From Myxococcota bacterium (GTDB lineage: Bacteria > Myxococcota_A > UBA9160 > SZUA-336), in contig CBDFGR010000003.1 in NCBI GenBank assembly GCA_965247115.1, positions 1,120,001 through 1,184,000 on the forward strand: a stretch of 64,000 bases of DNA, written 5' to 3'. Within the stretch, counting starts at the first letter, position 1. Every line of letters starts with the position of its first letter. This document shows, piece by piece, positions 51,516-60,670 of the stretch. The translations under genes were made by a program, and so were the position numbers. The notes below the pieces were generated by a model. The model was not told the DNA's origin. It did not search any database and saw only the letters and a list, made by a program, of their open reading frames with translations.

Positions 51516-53489
51516 TCACTCCAGCCCAGCCTCCCTTAACGCCGCATTGCGGCGCGCGTCGATCTCCGGGCGCGAAACGGCGAGGTAGTTCTGCATAATC
51601 TCGATCGAGAGATCGGGCCGGACGCGGCGGCCTTCCGCAATCGCGGCTCGCGCCTCGTCGAGACGGCCCAATGACACGGCGCTCATCGCGATGTACAGGT
51701 AGCCGGTGAAGTAGGTTGGTTCCGCGGCGACCAACCGCCGACCCGCCTCGAGTGACGCGTCGTAACGCCCGGTTTCCCAATTTGCCAAAGCCAAGCTGTC
51801 GTAAATCCAGACCATTGGTCCGTGAGGATTTAGTCGCCGCGCGCGCTCGGTCGCGACGATGCACGCTTCCGGGTCCCCGGCGAGCAGTTGCGCCCAGCCG
51901 AACCAGATCCAGGCTTCCGGCATGCTCGGATTCAACACCACGGCGCGGCGGGTCGAGTCAAGGGCATTATCCGGGTCGCCCGCCGTCAGATAGACCGCTC
52001 CGAGGGCGGCATGGGCTACCGGATCGTGTGGATCGATGTCGAGCGCGCGCCGGGCGGTTGCAAGCGCGGCGGATACCTCTTCTGCGGTCGCGGTGCGACC
52101 GTCGCCGGTCAGCGCCATCCAGTTTGCCATCGCCAGCTGCGCCAGCGCCGTCGCGAAACGGGGGTCGATTTCAGCTGCGCGCTCGAAGAGCCGCGCCCCC
52201 TTGACCCAGTCTTCGCGCGTATACCGGTCTATGTGTTGGAGTCCGAGCTGGTAGAGGCTCCATGCTTCGAGATTCTCGGTGCCCTGTTGTCGCGCGCGCT
52301 CACCCTCTGCACGTGTAAGGTCACCTACGAGCGACGCCGCAATGGTCGAACTGATCTCATCCTGCAGCACGAACACGTCCGCGACTTCGCGGTCGTAGGT
52401 TTCAGCCCAGACGTGCTCGCCGGATGTCGCATCGATAAGCTGTGCGGTAACGCGGATGTGATCGCCGCCGCGGCGCACACTGCCCGAAACGACATAGCGA
52501 ATCCCAAGTTCGTCGCTGATGCGCTGCAAGTCTGCGCTACCGGCGCGGTACTGAAAACTCGATTTGCGCGCGATCACGGGAAACGCCCGCCAGGCTGAAA
52601 GCCGCGTGATCAGGTCTTCGGCCAGACCGTCGGCAAAGAACGCCTGATCGGGATCAGGCGAAAGGTTGTCGAAGGGCAACACTGCAATCGCCGGCCGCCC
52701 GCGGAAATCGGGAACGTTAGCCATCTCGCTAACGGTCTGCGGCGCATCGCTCACGGTAGACACGGCACTTGGCTTCAACGCGTTCGACCATGCAAAGTAG
52801 CCCGCCAAAGCACCCAGGACGACCAGTGCAGCGAGGGCAAGTAGCAATCCACGGCGCGGCGACTGCACCGCTTGTCGCTGCGGCAGCGGCGCCGCTTTCT
52901 CGCCCGCCGCAGGCACGGCAAAACTTGCAACGCCTTCGAGTCCGGCCTCGCAGATCTCCAGCGGCTCGTCGAAGCCCTTCAGCATATAGCTTCCATACGT
53001 CTCCCAACGAATTGGCTCGCGAAACTGCTGGTAGTCGAGCCGTTGTCGCGCGCTGTTCGCGACCGCCGCGGACATCAGCACCTGCGCGGGGCTTGCGAGG
53101 CTCGCGATGCGTGCGGCGAGATCGACCGCGAGACCTTCTACACGCGGATGAGCGTCCTCACCACTAGCGCCGGATCGCTCACTCACTTCTCCCAGGTGCA
53201 TACCGGTGCGCACGCCCGGCAGGTCGGGCGAGTGCGAATGCGCAAGCTGCAGGTGTAACGCAAAGGCGACCGCGGCGCTTGGGGTTTCGAAGGTCAGAAA
53301 GCACCCGTCGCCGGCCCAATCGATAATGCGGCCCCCGGACTCCGCCGCGACGCGACGCACGATCGCGCGATGCTGTTCGATCAATTCGCCGACCACCAGG
53401 TCGCCACGCGCCATCTTCAACGCGGTCGAATCCGCCAGATCGGTGAAGACCAGCGTCAGGATCCGTGAGCTCGCGATCGTGTCGGTCAT
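51516..53489 (-). CDS. Adenylate/guanylate cyclase with TolB-N-like and TPR domains
   Basis: LVFTDLADST, GDG, RTGMHLGEV, VDLAARI; IAVLPFDNLS, FADGLAEDLI; TPR repeats. Confidence 0.9.
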   Translation of the reverse strand: MTDTIASSRILTLVFTDLADSTALKMARGDLVVGELIEQHRAIVRRVAAESGGRIIDWAGDGCFLTFETPSAAVAFALHLQLAHSHSPDLPGVRTGMHLGEVSERSGASGEDAHPRVEGLAVDLAARIASLASPAQVLMSAAVANSARQRLDYQQFREPIRWETYGSYMLKGFDEPLEICEAGLEGVASFAVPAAGEKAAPLPQRQAVQSPRRGLLLALAALVVLGALAGYFAWSNALKPSAVSTVSDAPQTVSEMANVPDFRGRPAIAVLPFDNLSPDPDQAFFADGLAEDLITRLSAWRAFPVIARKSSFQYRAGSADLQRISDELGIRYVVSGSVRRGGDHIRVTAQLIDATSGEHVWAETYDREVADVFVLQDEISSTIAASLVGDLTRAEGERARQQGTENLEAWSLYQLGLQHIDRYTREDWVKGARLFERAAEIDPRFATALAQLAMANWMALTGDGRTATAEEVSAALATARRALDIDPHDPVAHAALGAVYLTAGDPDNALDSTRRAVVLNPSMPEAWIWFGWAQLLAGDPEACIVATERARRLNPHGPMVWIYDSLALANWETGRYDASLEAGRRLVAAEPTYFTGYLYIAMSAVSLGRLDEARAAIAEGRRVRPDLSIEIMQNYLAVSRPEIDARRNAALREAGLE

Positions 53490-53499
53490 GCCAGACGGT

Positions 53500-53740
53500 C
53501 ACACTACCTCAAGGCGCTGGTCACCGAGCGCGATGAATCGCAACTGGGACCGGGCGTCCGACGTGGCCGTGGATCGATTCCTGCTTTACGAAGCGACCAG
53601 GCACTCGTTCGCAACGCTCGCAGTGAGTCGTGGGGCGGACCTGTACAAAGTTCAGAGGTTCCTCGGACACGCTGATCCGAGGACTACGCAGCGAAGTGCA
53701 AGCTCGCGGACAGTGGGTTGATCAGCGTGCTCGCGACCGC
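53500..53740 (+). pseudogene. Tyrosine integrase C-terminal relic
   Basis: LYEATRHSFAT...VQRFLGHADPRTTQR; catalytic Tyr lost, frameshift before KLADSGLISVL; points toward the att remnant. Confidence 0.8.
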
Positions 53741-53798
53741 CGAAACCGTCTCCGGGGGAAAGTGACCCAGAAATACCTAATGATCCCGGCTACTTCCA

Positions 53799-53823
53799 GT
53801 GCCGGGGACAGGACTCAAACCTG
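53799..53823 (-). other. tRNA 3'-end duplicate (att remnant)
   Basis: GTGCCGGGGACAGGACTCAAACCTG, 24/25 identical to 56323-56347. Confidence 0.8.
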
Positions 53824-53871
53824 TGTGCTTTGAGCGTAAGTCCGCGTAATTATGAAGGGTCTAAGTCGCTA

Positions 53872-53896
53872 AGCTTGCGTGCAGCTTGCGTGCAGC
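53872..53896. repeat. 11-bp direct repeat, possible integrase arm-type sites
   Basis: AGCTTGCGTGC AGCTTGCGTGC AGC, about 50 bp from the att core. Confidence 0.6.
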
Positions 53897-54269
53897 ATCG
53901 AGAACTCACTCTGTGTTCGCAGGCACTCGTTCGAAGCGCCCGAAGACGGGCGGCCCGCTCGAAGACTCGCTTAGATGCACCCTGGCGGGCCTGAGACGGC
54001 CCGGGCAGTGAAGAGCTAGGGGATCTTCAGCGTCTTGGGCTCGTAGCCCTCCATTGTCACCGTGACCGTCTCGCCCGAATAGAAGATCCAGCCTTGGCTG
54101 TTCCGCGAGTTGAGTTCTGTGACGCTTCCGGGGCTGAGAGAAGCAGGCAAAGTCCGCTTCTGGTCGAGGCTTCGATGTCTTCAAGCCGAGTGACTCGATT
54201 CCGGAGCTCTTCCCATTCCATACGGCATCTCCTCTCGTGTGCCATTGTTTGCCCTTCGGCCCAGACCCC

Positions 54270-55142
54270 CTACACGTACGGGTCAAAGGGGGGGTTGATA
54301 TCGCTTCGCTGTCCTGGCGAGAGCCCGAGCACGCGCTTGAGCTCCGGATTGCGATCGAGCAGTTCGGGGGATAGCCGTCTCAAATTTGCGATGTAGCGTT
54401 TGGCGTGGGGGCCCTGAATGTAGGGGCGGGTGTAGTTCTCGCTCAGCGTTACTCGCAGCCCAGTCCGGGTGCGCGGCAAAGTGCTGTGAAACGTGCCCCC
54501 TTGCCACATCGCCACCGAGCCGGCCTCGGCCTCGAGGCGCACGATCGGATAGGGTGTGTTGGTGACGTCGCTGTCGTGGGGCAAGACGCTGTGGCCGAAG
54601 TGTCGGCTGGCGGGGACGAACAGGGTCGGGCCGTCGGCTTCGTCGATGTAGTCGGTGCAGATCCAGGAACAATTCAGCCTGTGACAGATCTGGCCGGCGC
54701 CCATCGGGATGCCTTCCACCTGGTCGTCGGTGTGCAGCGGGAGCCGGTGGAAGATGTCGTCGATGTCGGTGCCCTTTAGGATGATCGAGTTGGTTCTGAG
54801 CACCGCGCCCTGGCCCAGCATCAGGCGGACCAGCGCCAACTTCGCTGGGTTGATCGCTGCCTCGATGAACACTTCGTCCTCGTCGTAGAACGCATCCGAC
54901 AAGAGCGTAGTGATCGTCGAGGTTCGAAAATCGACCGAGACGTTGTTCCGCTTCTCGTAGGCGGCCACGGCCGCGTCGCGCAGACGCTCGATCCACGCAT
55001 CGGCGACACCGAGGGTCTCGGGTGAGACTACGGTAAAACCGTAGGTCATCAGCTCCACGGCGTTCTGGGCCAACCCGTAGCGCTCGATGTCGGAAATGAT
55101 CGAATCGAGGCTCGGCATGGCCTTCAGTTCTGCGATGTTCAT
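54270..55142 (-). CDS. Phytanoyl-CoA dioxygenase family protein
   Basis: LPLHTD, NCSWICTDY, GPTLFVPASRH, GGTFH, R-TL. Confidence 0.85.
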   Translation of the reverse strand: MNIAELKAMPSLDSIISDIERYGLAQNAVELMTYGFTVVSPETLGVADAWIERLRDAAVAAYEKRNNVSVDFRTSTITTLLSDAFYDEDEVFIEAAINPAKLALVRLMLGQGAVLRTNSIILKGTDIDDIFHRLPLHTDDQVEGIPMGAGQICHRLNCSWICTDYIDEADGPTLFVPASRHFGHSVLPHDSDVTNTPYPIVRLEAEAGSVAMWQGGTFHSTLPRTRTGLRVTLSENYTRPYIQGPHAKRYIANLRRLSPELLDRNPELKRVLGLSPGQRSDINPPFDPYV

Positions 55143-55687
55143 CTCCCGTCCCTCTTCATTCGTGTGCGGGTCCGCATTCTAGCCCAAGGCTGTACTTCCA
55201 CTCCGGCGCCCGGCTGAGAGAGTTGCCAGACAGGTCCTGCGCGCCCCAACTCCGGAGCCACAGGGTCCGAGGTGGCGAATGCGACGGCCAGCTCCAGACG
55301 CGGGCCCAGATGGTGGGCGACCGAGTTCTTCGCGCCGGGTCGACTGCGGTGAATCGTGAAGTCCACGATCGGCGGGTCGATCAGGACGAACTGATCGAGG
55401 TGACGCTCGTGAGTCGACTCTCGATCTTGACTCGCTCGCCCCGATAGGCGATCGAGAGTCGAATCTGGACGAGGGTGGCATCGAAGACGGGGACGTCGAA
55501 GGAGAATCCTGCGTTCGCCTACCATGTCACGGTGTCGGACGACACGCGGAGGTCGCTGCCCTGACCGTCGATATCGGCCCGGCGATCTTCCTCGCGGAGG
55601 AGCCTGACCCGTGGGCACGAGCGTTAGATCCGAGCCTTCCTCGCCAGCCCCGCGATTCAGCCAACAGTGCTGGCACACGGGCGGAGG

Positions 55688-55798
55688 AACATCGTCGAGG
55701 CCCTGATCGACGAGGAGTACGCCGTCTTTATTGGCTTCCCGTTGAAGGTGAAGCACGGTGACGGATCGCCAATTCGAGCGGCTGCTCTCGTCTACTAG
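55688..55798 (+). pseudogene. Cyclase/kynurenine-formamidase family C-terminal remnant
   Basis: Manual translation NIVEALIDEEYAVFIGFPLKVKHGDGSPIRAAALVY*. Confidence 0.6.
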
Positions 55799-56321
55799 GC
55801 TTCGAGCTACTCCTCCCCCATCCTCGATAACTCCGTCACCATCGCCCTAGCAGCGTCCGCGTAGCGAAGTGCGGCCTCCCGTGGCGGACGATCACGAGGT
55901 TAGGATCTGTTGAGTTCCTTGGGAGTGGGACAGGTCTCCCGCCATCGCGTCGGCGTGGCGGGGGCGATACACGCGTTCAGAACCGGGAGCGGTTTGATCG
56001 AAGCAGAGGGTCGGGGGCCCGCCGCTCCTCGGGACTCGCCCGCTTCGCCTCGGCCTCGATCGCGTAGACCTGTGCGATCCGATCGCTCGTGGTGCCGGCC
56101 TCGGGGTAGTGTAGTGGGGCTCGGCGCCTCCAGGTTCACAAGCGTCTCGAACACCGGGATCCCTCGGGTCAGGAAGGCATGATGTACGGGAAGGAGAGTC
56201 TCGTATCCAGTAGCTCCCTGCTGGCTGCCAGAGAAGAAGCAGGAGATGCATTCCAGGCTCAGGCCGTCGGTTCCAACAGCCCGAACGGGAAGCTCGGCCA
56301 GGCCGATTTCAAGTCGTTTCC

Positions 56322-56351
56322 GGTGCCGGGGACAGGACTCGAACCTGCACG
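56322..56351 (-). other. tRNA(-Leu-like) 3'-end duplicate; probable att boundary of the prophage-like element
   Basis: Reverse complement CGTGCAGGTTCGAGTCCTGTCCCCGGCACC = T-arm + acceptor 3' strand + discriminator; no 5' half upstream. Confidence 0.85.
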
Positions 56352-56431
56352 ATACCGACAGAACGTGAGCGCACTCGGGTAGTTAGCCCGAATTCGTCGT
56401 GTCCTTGCGGTGTCCTCGTTGAGAGCAATCC

Positions 56432-56668
56432 GTGAGTCGCGACGACTTCATCCTCACGGGCGAGACCATGCTCGTCGAGGACGCTACGACGGAGCTCGTC
56501 TCCGCGATCTTCTCTGAGATCGGCCAGCGCTCGATTGAACGTCGCGAAGGACAGCCTCCGATCCACGAGGCGCTTGAGGAACTTGTCCACGCGAAGCTCA
56601 CGGATCTGGCGGAGCGCATCGCGAAGCAGTCTGGGTCAGAGCCCGACGGTCAAGGAGAGGGCGAGTGA
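56432..56668 (+). CDS. Small hypothetical protein
   Basis: GTG start, stop overlaps the next gene. Confidence 0.55.
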   Translation: MSRDDFILTGETMLVEDATTELVSAIFSEIGQRSIERREGQPPIHEALEELVHAKLTDLAERIAKQSGSEPDGQGEGE

Positions 56669-57132
56669 TGCGCGCGCAGCATGGGGAGATCCCCATGAAT
56701 GCCCTCGCTCAGGCTGGGCGCATGGCCATGCGGCTGAAGTGCATCGCCGTGGCCCTGGCCGAGACGCCGGACAACGTGCTCTGGATCGAGCCCAGAAAAG
56801 CGCTGACAGGTAGAGCCCGACCGGAGGCTGGTGGCTACGTGATCGCGGCTCCAAGGCCCTTCACGCGCCGCAGCCTCTACATCTTCCTGCACGAGTGCGG
56901 ACACGTAGCGCTGGGGCACCTCGAGCGTAAGGCCCGCCGCAGGTTCAAGTCCTGGGAGCGCGAGCAGCAGGCCGAGCAGTTCGCGCAGGACCGGATGCGT
57001 GCGCATGGCCTGGCCGTCCCCCGCAAGGAACTCCTTCGAGGAAAACTCTACGTGGAGCACAAGCGAGAGTTTGGACGAAGGATCGCGAGGGGCCGACCAG
57101 CGCTTGGTACACCCGCGGGTCAAGGAGACTGA
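56665..57132 (+). CDS. HExxH zinc-metallopeptidase-like protein (ImmA/IrrE-like)
   Basis: YIFLHECGHVALGH...EREQQAEQFA. Confidence 0.65.
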   Translation: MMRAQHGEIPMNALAQAGRMAMRLKCIAVALAETPDNVLWIEPRKALTGRARPEAGGYVIAAPRPFTRRSLYIFLHECGHVALGHLERKARRRFKSWEREQQAEQFAQDRMRAHGLAVPRKELLRGKLYVEHKREFGRRIARGRPALGTPAGQGD

Positions 57133-57670
57133 GTGCTGGTCCGTAGCGACGCTCGAGCGATTCCTCTGGCCGACCAGGTGGCCGACTGCGTCGTGACCAG
57201 CCCTCCGTACTGGGGCCTGGCGGACCTACGAGATCGATGGCCAGATCGGCCTCGAGGAGACGCCCGCTGAGTACCTCGAGGAGCTCCTGGCCGTGTTCCG
57301 GGAGGTACACCGCGTCCTCAAGCCAGAGGGGACGCTCTGGCTCAACCTGGGCGACTGCTACGTCTCTGCCCCGAGCAGCGGCCACGGCTGGGACAAGAGC
57401 ACGCTGACGCTGCCGAAGAGCCGCGAGCGCAAGATCCAGCACGCGCAGAGGGCTTCGCGGCTCAAGGGCCGGAAGTTCGAGGGCCTCAAGCCAAAGGACA
57501 TGGTCGGGATGCCCTGGACGGTCGCGCTCGCGCTGCGCAACGAGGGCTGGTATCTGCGGCGGGACATCATCTGGCACAAGCTATCGCCAATGCCCGAGGC
57601 AGTGAAAGATCGCCCAACGTCTGCGCACGAGTACCTGTTCCTGCTGGCCAAGTCTCGCCGCTACTACTAC
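57133..57670 (+). pseudogene. N4/N6 DNA methyltransferase (beta class), frameshifted near 57220 and cut by the IS
   Basis: VLVRSDAR...DCVVTSPPYWGL, then in the next frame RTYEIDGQIGLE...RVLKPEGTLWLNLGD...IIWHK..PMPE..KDRPT.AHEYLFLL..SRRYYY up to the TIR. Confidence 0.85.
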
Positions 57671-57691
57671 GGGCACTGCCTCAGTCTGAAA
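57671..57691 (+). repeat. Left terminal inverted repeat
   Basis: GGGCACTGCCTCAGTCTGAAA. Confidence 0.88.
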
Positions 57692-57753
57692 TCTTGAGCG
57701 GCTGATCTCCCGCTACCGGACCATGCTGCATTTCTCTATCCTTGGCGCTAAGC

Positions 57754-57990
57754 ATGGCGAAGCGGACAAAGAAGAAGCGCCCCCGAGACGTGATCGGAAA
57801 CGCCGTGCGCGTGATGCGGGTCGCGACTGGTGAGGAAGACGCGGAGACGGCGGAGGAGACCGAGGAAAGCCCTGCTGCCCAGCTCGGCCGGAAGGGCGGC
57901 GAGGCCCGGGCGAAGCGTCTGACTTCTGAGCAGCGGCGCGAGATCGCCAAGAAGGGCGCGGCGGCTCGCTGGGGCAAGCGTAAGGAATAA
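57754..57990 (+). CDS. Small basic protein of the IS
   Basis: RPRDVIGNAVRVMRVATGEE...AAQLGRKGGEARAKRLTSEQRREIAKKGAAARW. Confidence 0.8.
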   Translation: MAKRTKKKRPRDVIGNAVRVMRVATGEEDAETAEETEESPAAQLGRKGGEARAKRLTSEQRREIAKKGAAARWGKRKE

Positions 57991-58072
57991 TCCGAGGAAT
58001 ATTCCTCTTGACTTTGGGTCGCTCTCTGGCGAAACTCCTGGCATCGCGCGACTGCACGATGGGGGTGAGCCA

Positions 58073-58624
58073 ATGACCAAGCGACCGATGATCGAGGTGA
58101 TGGCTTGCATGGATCCTTATCTCGATGACCTCAATGCGATCTGCCACGAGGCCGTGACGACGTATCAGGGAAAGGAATATAGCGATCGCGTCCGTTTGGA
58201 GCACACCCCAAGCACTCAGGCGAACTGCATCCACTCGCACATGGTCGCCGGCGCCCATCGCCTTCTCTCGGACCGGCCCGGTATCAGATTCCTCGAAGTG
58301 CGGGGTCTGAACATCTGGCTCTTCGGCTCGGAAGTGATCGTGAGGTTCAAGAAAATGGATCCCAGTGGACGGTCGCAAAACTACCAGACGCAGCAGGCAA
58401 AGGACTATGACGGCGGTGATGATCTGCCCGGCGTTCCACCGCCAGCTTGTCGGGTGACCGTTGGCTACGTGCTCGACCCACCGGGCTCTGGGATTCGCCG
58501 AGTTCAAGTCGCGCGTCCTTTCGGGCAGCAGGTCGAATGGTGTGCGGCGATCGTGCCTCCAGACGGGCGTCTGCCGGGAGCGCGGCTCTGGATCGATGTG
58601 ACAAGTCAAAGGAATTTCGGCTAA
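58073..58624 (+). CDS. Hypothetical protein, candidate toxin partner of the HTH-peptidase
   Basis: VRFKKMD..GRSQNYQTQQA...VTVGYVLD; directly upstream of the HTH-ImmA/IrrE gene. Confidence 0.7.
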   Translation: MTKRPMIEVMACMDPYLDDLNAICHEAVTTYQGKEYSDRVRLEHTPSTQANCIHSHMVAGAHRLLSDRPGIRFLEVRGLNIWLFGSEVIVRFKKMDPSGRSQNYQTQQAKDYDGGDDLPGVPPPACRVTVGYVLDPPGSGIRRVQVARPFGQQVEWCAAIVPPDGRLPGARLWIDVTSQRNFG

Positions 58625-58645
58625 CTCATTCCGCGGAGCGGCACC

Positions 58646-59743
58646 GTGGACGAGTTCAATCATGAAATGCTCATCCTCGCGCGTGAAGCGCGAGGCTTCA
58701 CGCAAAGTGCGCTGGCAATGCGTATCTCTGTCGGGCAGGGCACGCTCTCGAAGTTCGAGACAGGAGTCGCGCAGCCTCAACGCAGGACCGTCACCGCTCT
58801 GGCCCGCGCTCTCGGCTATCCAGAGGCGTTTTTCCGCGAGCCTGGACATGCCTACGGATTCCCGCCGTTCCATTACCGAAGGCGCAAGAAGCTGTCGGCG
58901 AAGGCGCTCGGTCGGATCATCGCGGAGATGAACATTCGGAGGCTTCACGTCCGCAAGCTTGCGCTCTCCTACCCCCCTCCTGCGAGCACCCTCATCCCCG
59001 AGATCGACATGGATGAGTACCAGGGAACCGACAGCCGCGTGCCTTCCGCGGAGGATGTTGCGCGGTCAGTCCGCGAGGCTTGGATGCTCTCCAGTGGGCC
59101 AGTGCCGAACATGATGGAGTTGATCGAGCAGAACGGCGGCATCGTGGTTCCCTTCGCGTTCAAGACCGCGCTGCTCGACGCGATGAGCCAGCGTATCGAC
59201 GGAATGCCAGTTCTGTTCTTCGTGAACGTCAATTCACCTGCGGACCGGGTTCGCTACACGCTGGCCCACGAGTTGGGCCATATGTGCTTGCACACGACGG
59301 CACTCAAGAGCGACGAAGAGATGGAGCGTGAGGCCGACGCGTTCGCGGGTGCGTTTCTCTTGCCTGCCGACGAGATCAAATCACAGCTACGACGCTTCGA
59401 CCTCAGACACGTCGCGAACATGAAGGCGTATTGGAAGGTCGCCATGCAGGCGATCGCCGTGCGTGCTCATCGACTGAATCTCATCACGCCGTACCAGTAC
59501 AAGATGTTCTGGATCGAGATGGGGAAACTCGGCTATCGCCGACGCGAGCCGAACGAGCCCCTGCGCGAGACTCCGACGCTTCTGCACAGGATGGTTGCGT
59601 TCCATCGGAGCGAGCTTGGCTACTCGGTCGAAGATATGGCGAAACTACTCTGCCTCGAAGTGCCCGAATTTACGCTGATGTACGGGGCAGACGCCCCGTA
59701 TGAGCCCGAAGTGGGTCGCAATCATCTTCGCCTCGTAAAGTGA
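58646..59743 (+). CDS. XRE-HTH + ImmA/IrrE (M78) metallopeptidase
   Basis: AREARGFTQSALA...QGTLSKFETG; DRVRYTLAHELGH; EREADAFAGAFLLP. Confidence 0.92.
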   Translation: MDEFNHEMLILAREARGFTQSALAMRISVGQGTLSKFETGVAQPQRRTVTALARALGYPEAFFREPGHAYGFPPFHYRRRKKLSAKALGRIIAEMNIRRLHVRKLALSYPPPASTLIPEIDMDEYQGTDSRVPSAEDVARSVREAWMLSSGPVPNMMELIEQNGGIVVPFAFKTALLDAMSQRIDGMPVLFFVNVNSPADRVRYTLAHELGHMCLHTTALKSDEEMEREADAFAGAFLLPADEIKSQLRRFDLRHVANMKAYWKVAMQAIAVRAHRLNLITPYQYKMFWIEMGKLGYRRREPNEPLRETPTLLHRMVAFHRSELGYSVEDMAKLLCLEVPEFTLMYGADAPYEPEVGRNHLRLVK

Positions 59744-59782
59744 ACTTATTTGCTTGACGTTAGGCATAAAAGTTCATATAAT
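59741..59782 (+). promoter_or_regulatory. Sigma70 promoter with overlapping 36-bp imperfect palindrome
   Basis: TTGACG (59754-59759), 17-bp spacer, TATAAT (59777-59782); TGAACTT...AAGTTCA at 59741-59776. Confidence 0.8.
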
Positions 59783-59788
59783 GAGGCT

Positions 59789-60670
59789 ATGAACAGGTTG
59801 CCCCTTGAGAAGCGCGTCCAGATCCTATCGATGCTCTGCGAGGGCTCGTCTATGCGCTCGGTTTCCCGAGTGGCAGATGTGTCGATCAACACAGTCACCA
59901 AGCTTCTGGTAGATGCCGGAAATGCTTGCGCCGGGTTCCATGATGAGACGGTTCGCGGCGTTAGGGCGCAGCGTATCCAGTGCGACGAGATCTGGTCGTT
60001 CTGCTACGCAAAGGCCAAGAACGTCCCAAACGCAAAGTCTGCGCCCGGATATGCAGGAGATGTCTGGACCTGGACCGCACTCGATAGCGATAGCAAGCTA
60101 CTTGTTTCGTATCTGATCGGTGGTCGCGATACAGAGTATGCCGTGGCGTTCATGAACGATCTGCGTTCGCGTCTTGCCAACCGTGTGCAACTCAGCACCG
60201 ACGGGCATCGCGCCTATCTGAGCGCCGTCGAGGATGCATTCGCGGACGACGTAGATTATGGACAGATCATCAAGATCTACGGAGAGCCACCGGGTCAGGA
60301 CAAGCGCTATGGCCCCGCTATCTACAAGGGTACGCGCAAGTCGCGCGTGATCGGCTACCCAGATCCGCGGTACGTTTCGACTTCGCACATTGAGCGCAGC
60401 AACCTCTCATTTAGAATGCATATGCGCAGATTTACGCGGCTGACCAATGCACACTCAAAAAAGTTCGCGAATCACTGTCACATGGTCGCTCTATACACAG
60501 TCTGGTACAACTTTGCTCGGCTTCACAAGTCCATACGGATGTCGCCGGCACTGGCTGCCGGGATCTCCGATCATCTGTGGGACATGGCCGATATCGTCGG
60601 GCTGGTTGAGAAGGCCGAAGCGTCACGCTCCCGGGAGCGCGGCTCCTACCAGAAACGAGTTTCAAACTGA
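59789..60670 (+). CDS. IS1-family DDE transposase with N-terminal HTH
   Basis: EGSSMRSVSR, IQCDEIWSF, WTWTALD, STDG..AY, STSHIERSN...RRFTRLTNAHSKK; stop codon lies inside the right TIR. Confidence 0.9.
   Translation: MNRLPLEKRVQILSMLCEGSSMRSVSRVADVSINTVTKLLVDAGNACAGFHDETVRGVRAQRIQCDEIWSFCYAKAKNVPNAKSAPGYAGDVWTWTALDSDSKLLVSYLIGGRDTEYAVAFMNDLRSRLANRVQLSTDGHRAYLSAVEDAFADDVDYGQIIKIYGEPPGQDKRYGPAIYKGTRKSRVIGYPDPRYVSTSHIERSNLSFRMHMRRFTRLTNAHSKKFANHCHMVALYTVWYNFARLHKSIRMSPALAAGISDHLWDMADIVGLVEKAEASRSRERGSYQKRVSN

Noticed and set aside
50719..56351. Recurring GTGCCGGGGAC motif as CRISPR repeats
   Set aside because: Spacing is kilobases, the sequence is a tRNA 3' end and no cas genes are present.
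56322..56420. Complete tRNA gene
   Set aside because: Only the T-arm and 3' acceptor strand are present; upstream sequence gives no D-arm, anticodon arm or GCCGGGG 5' strand.
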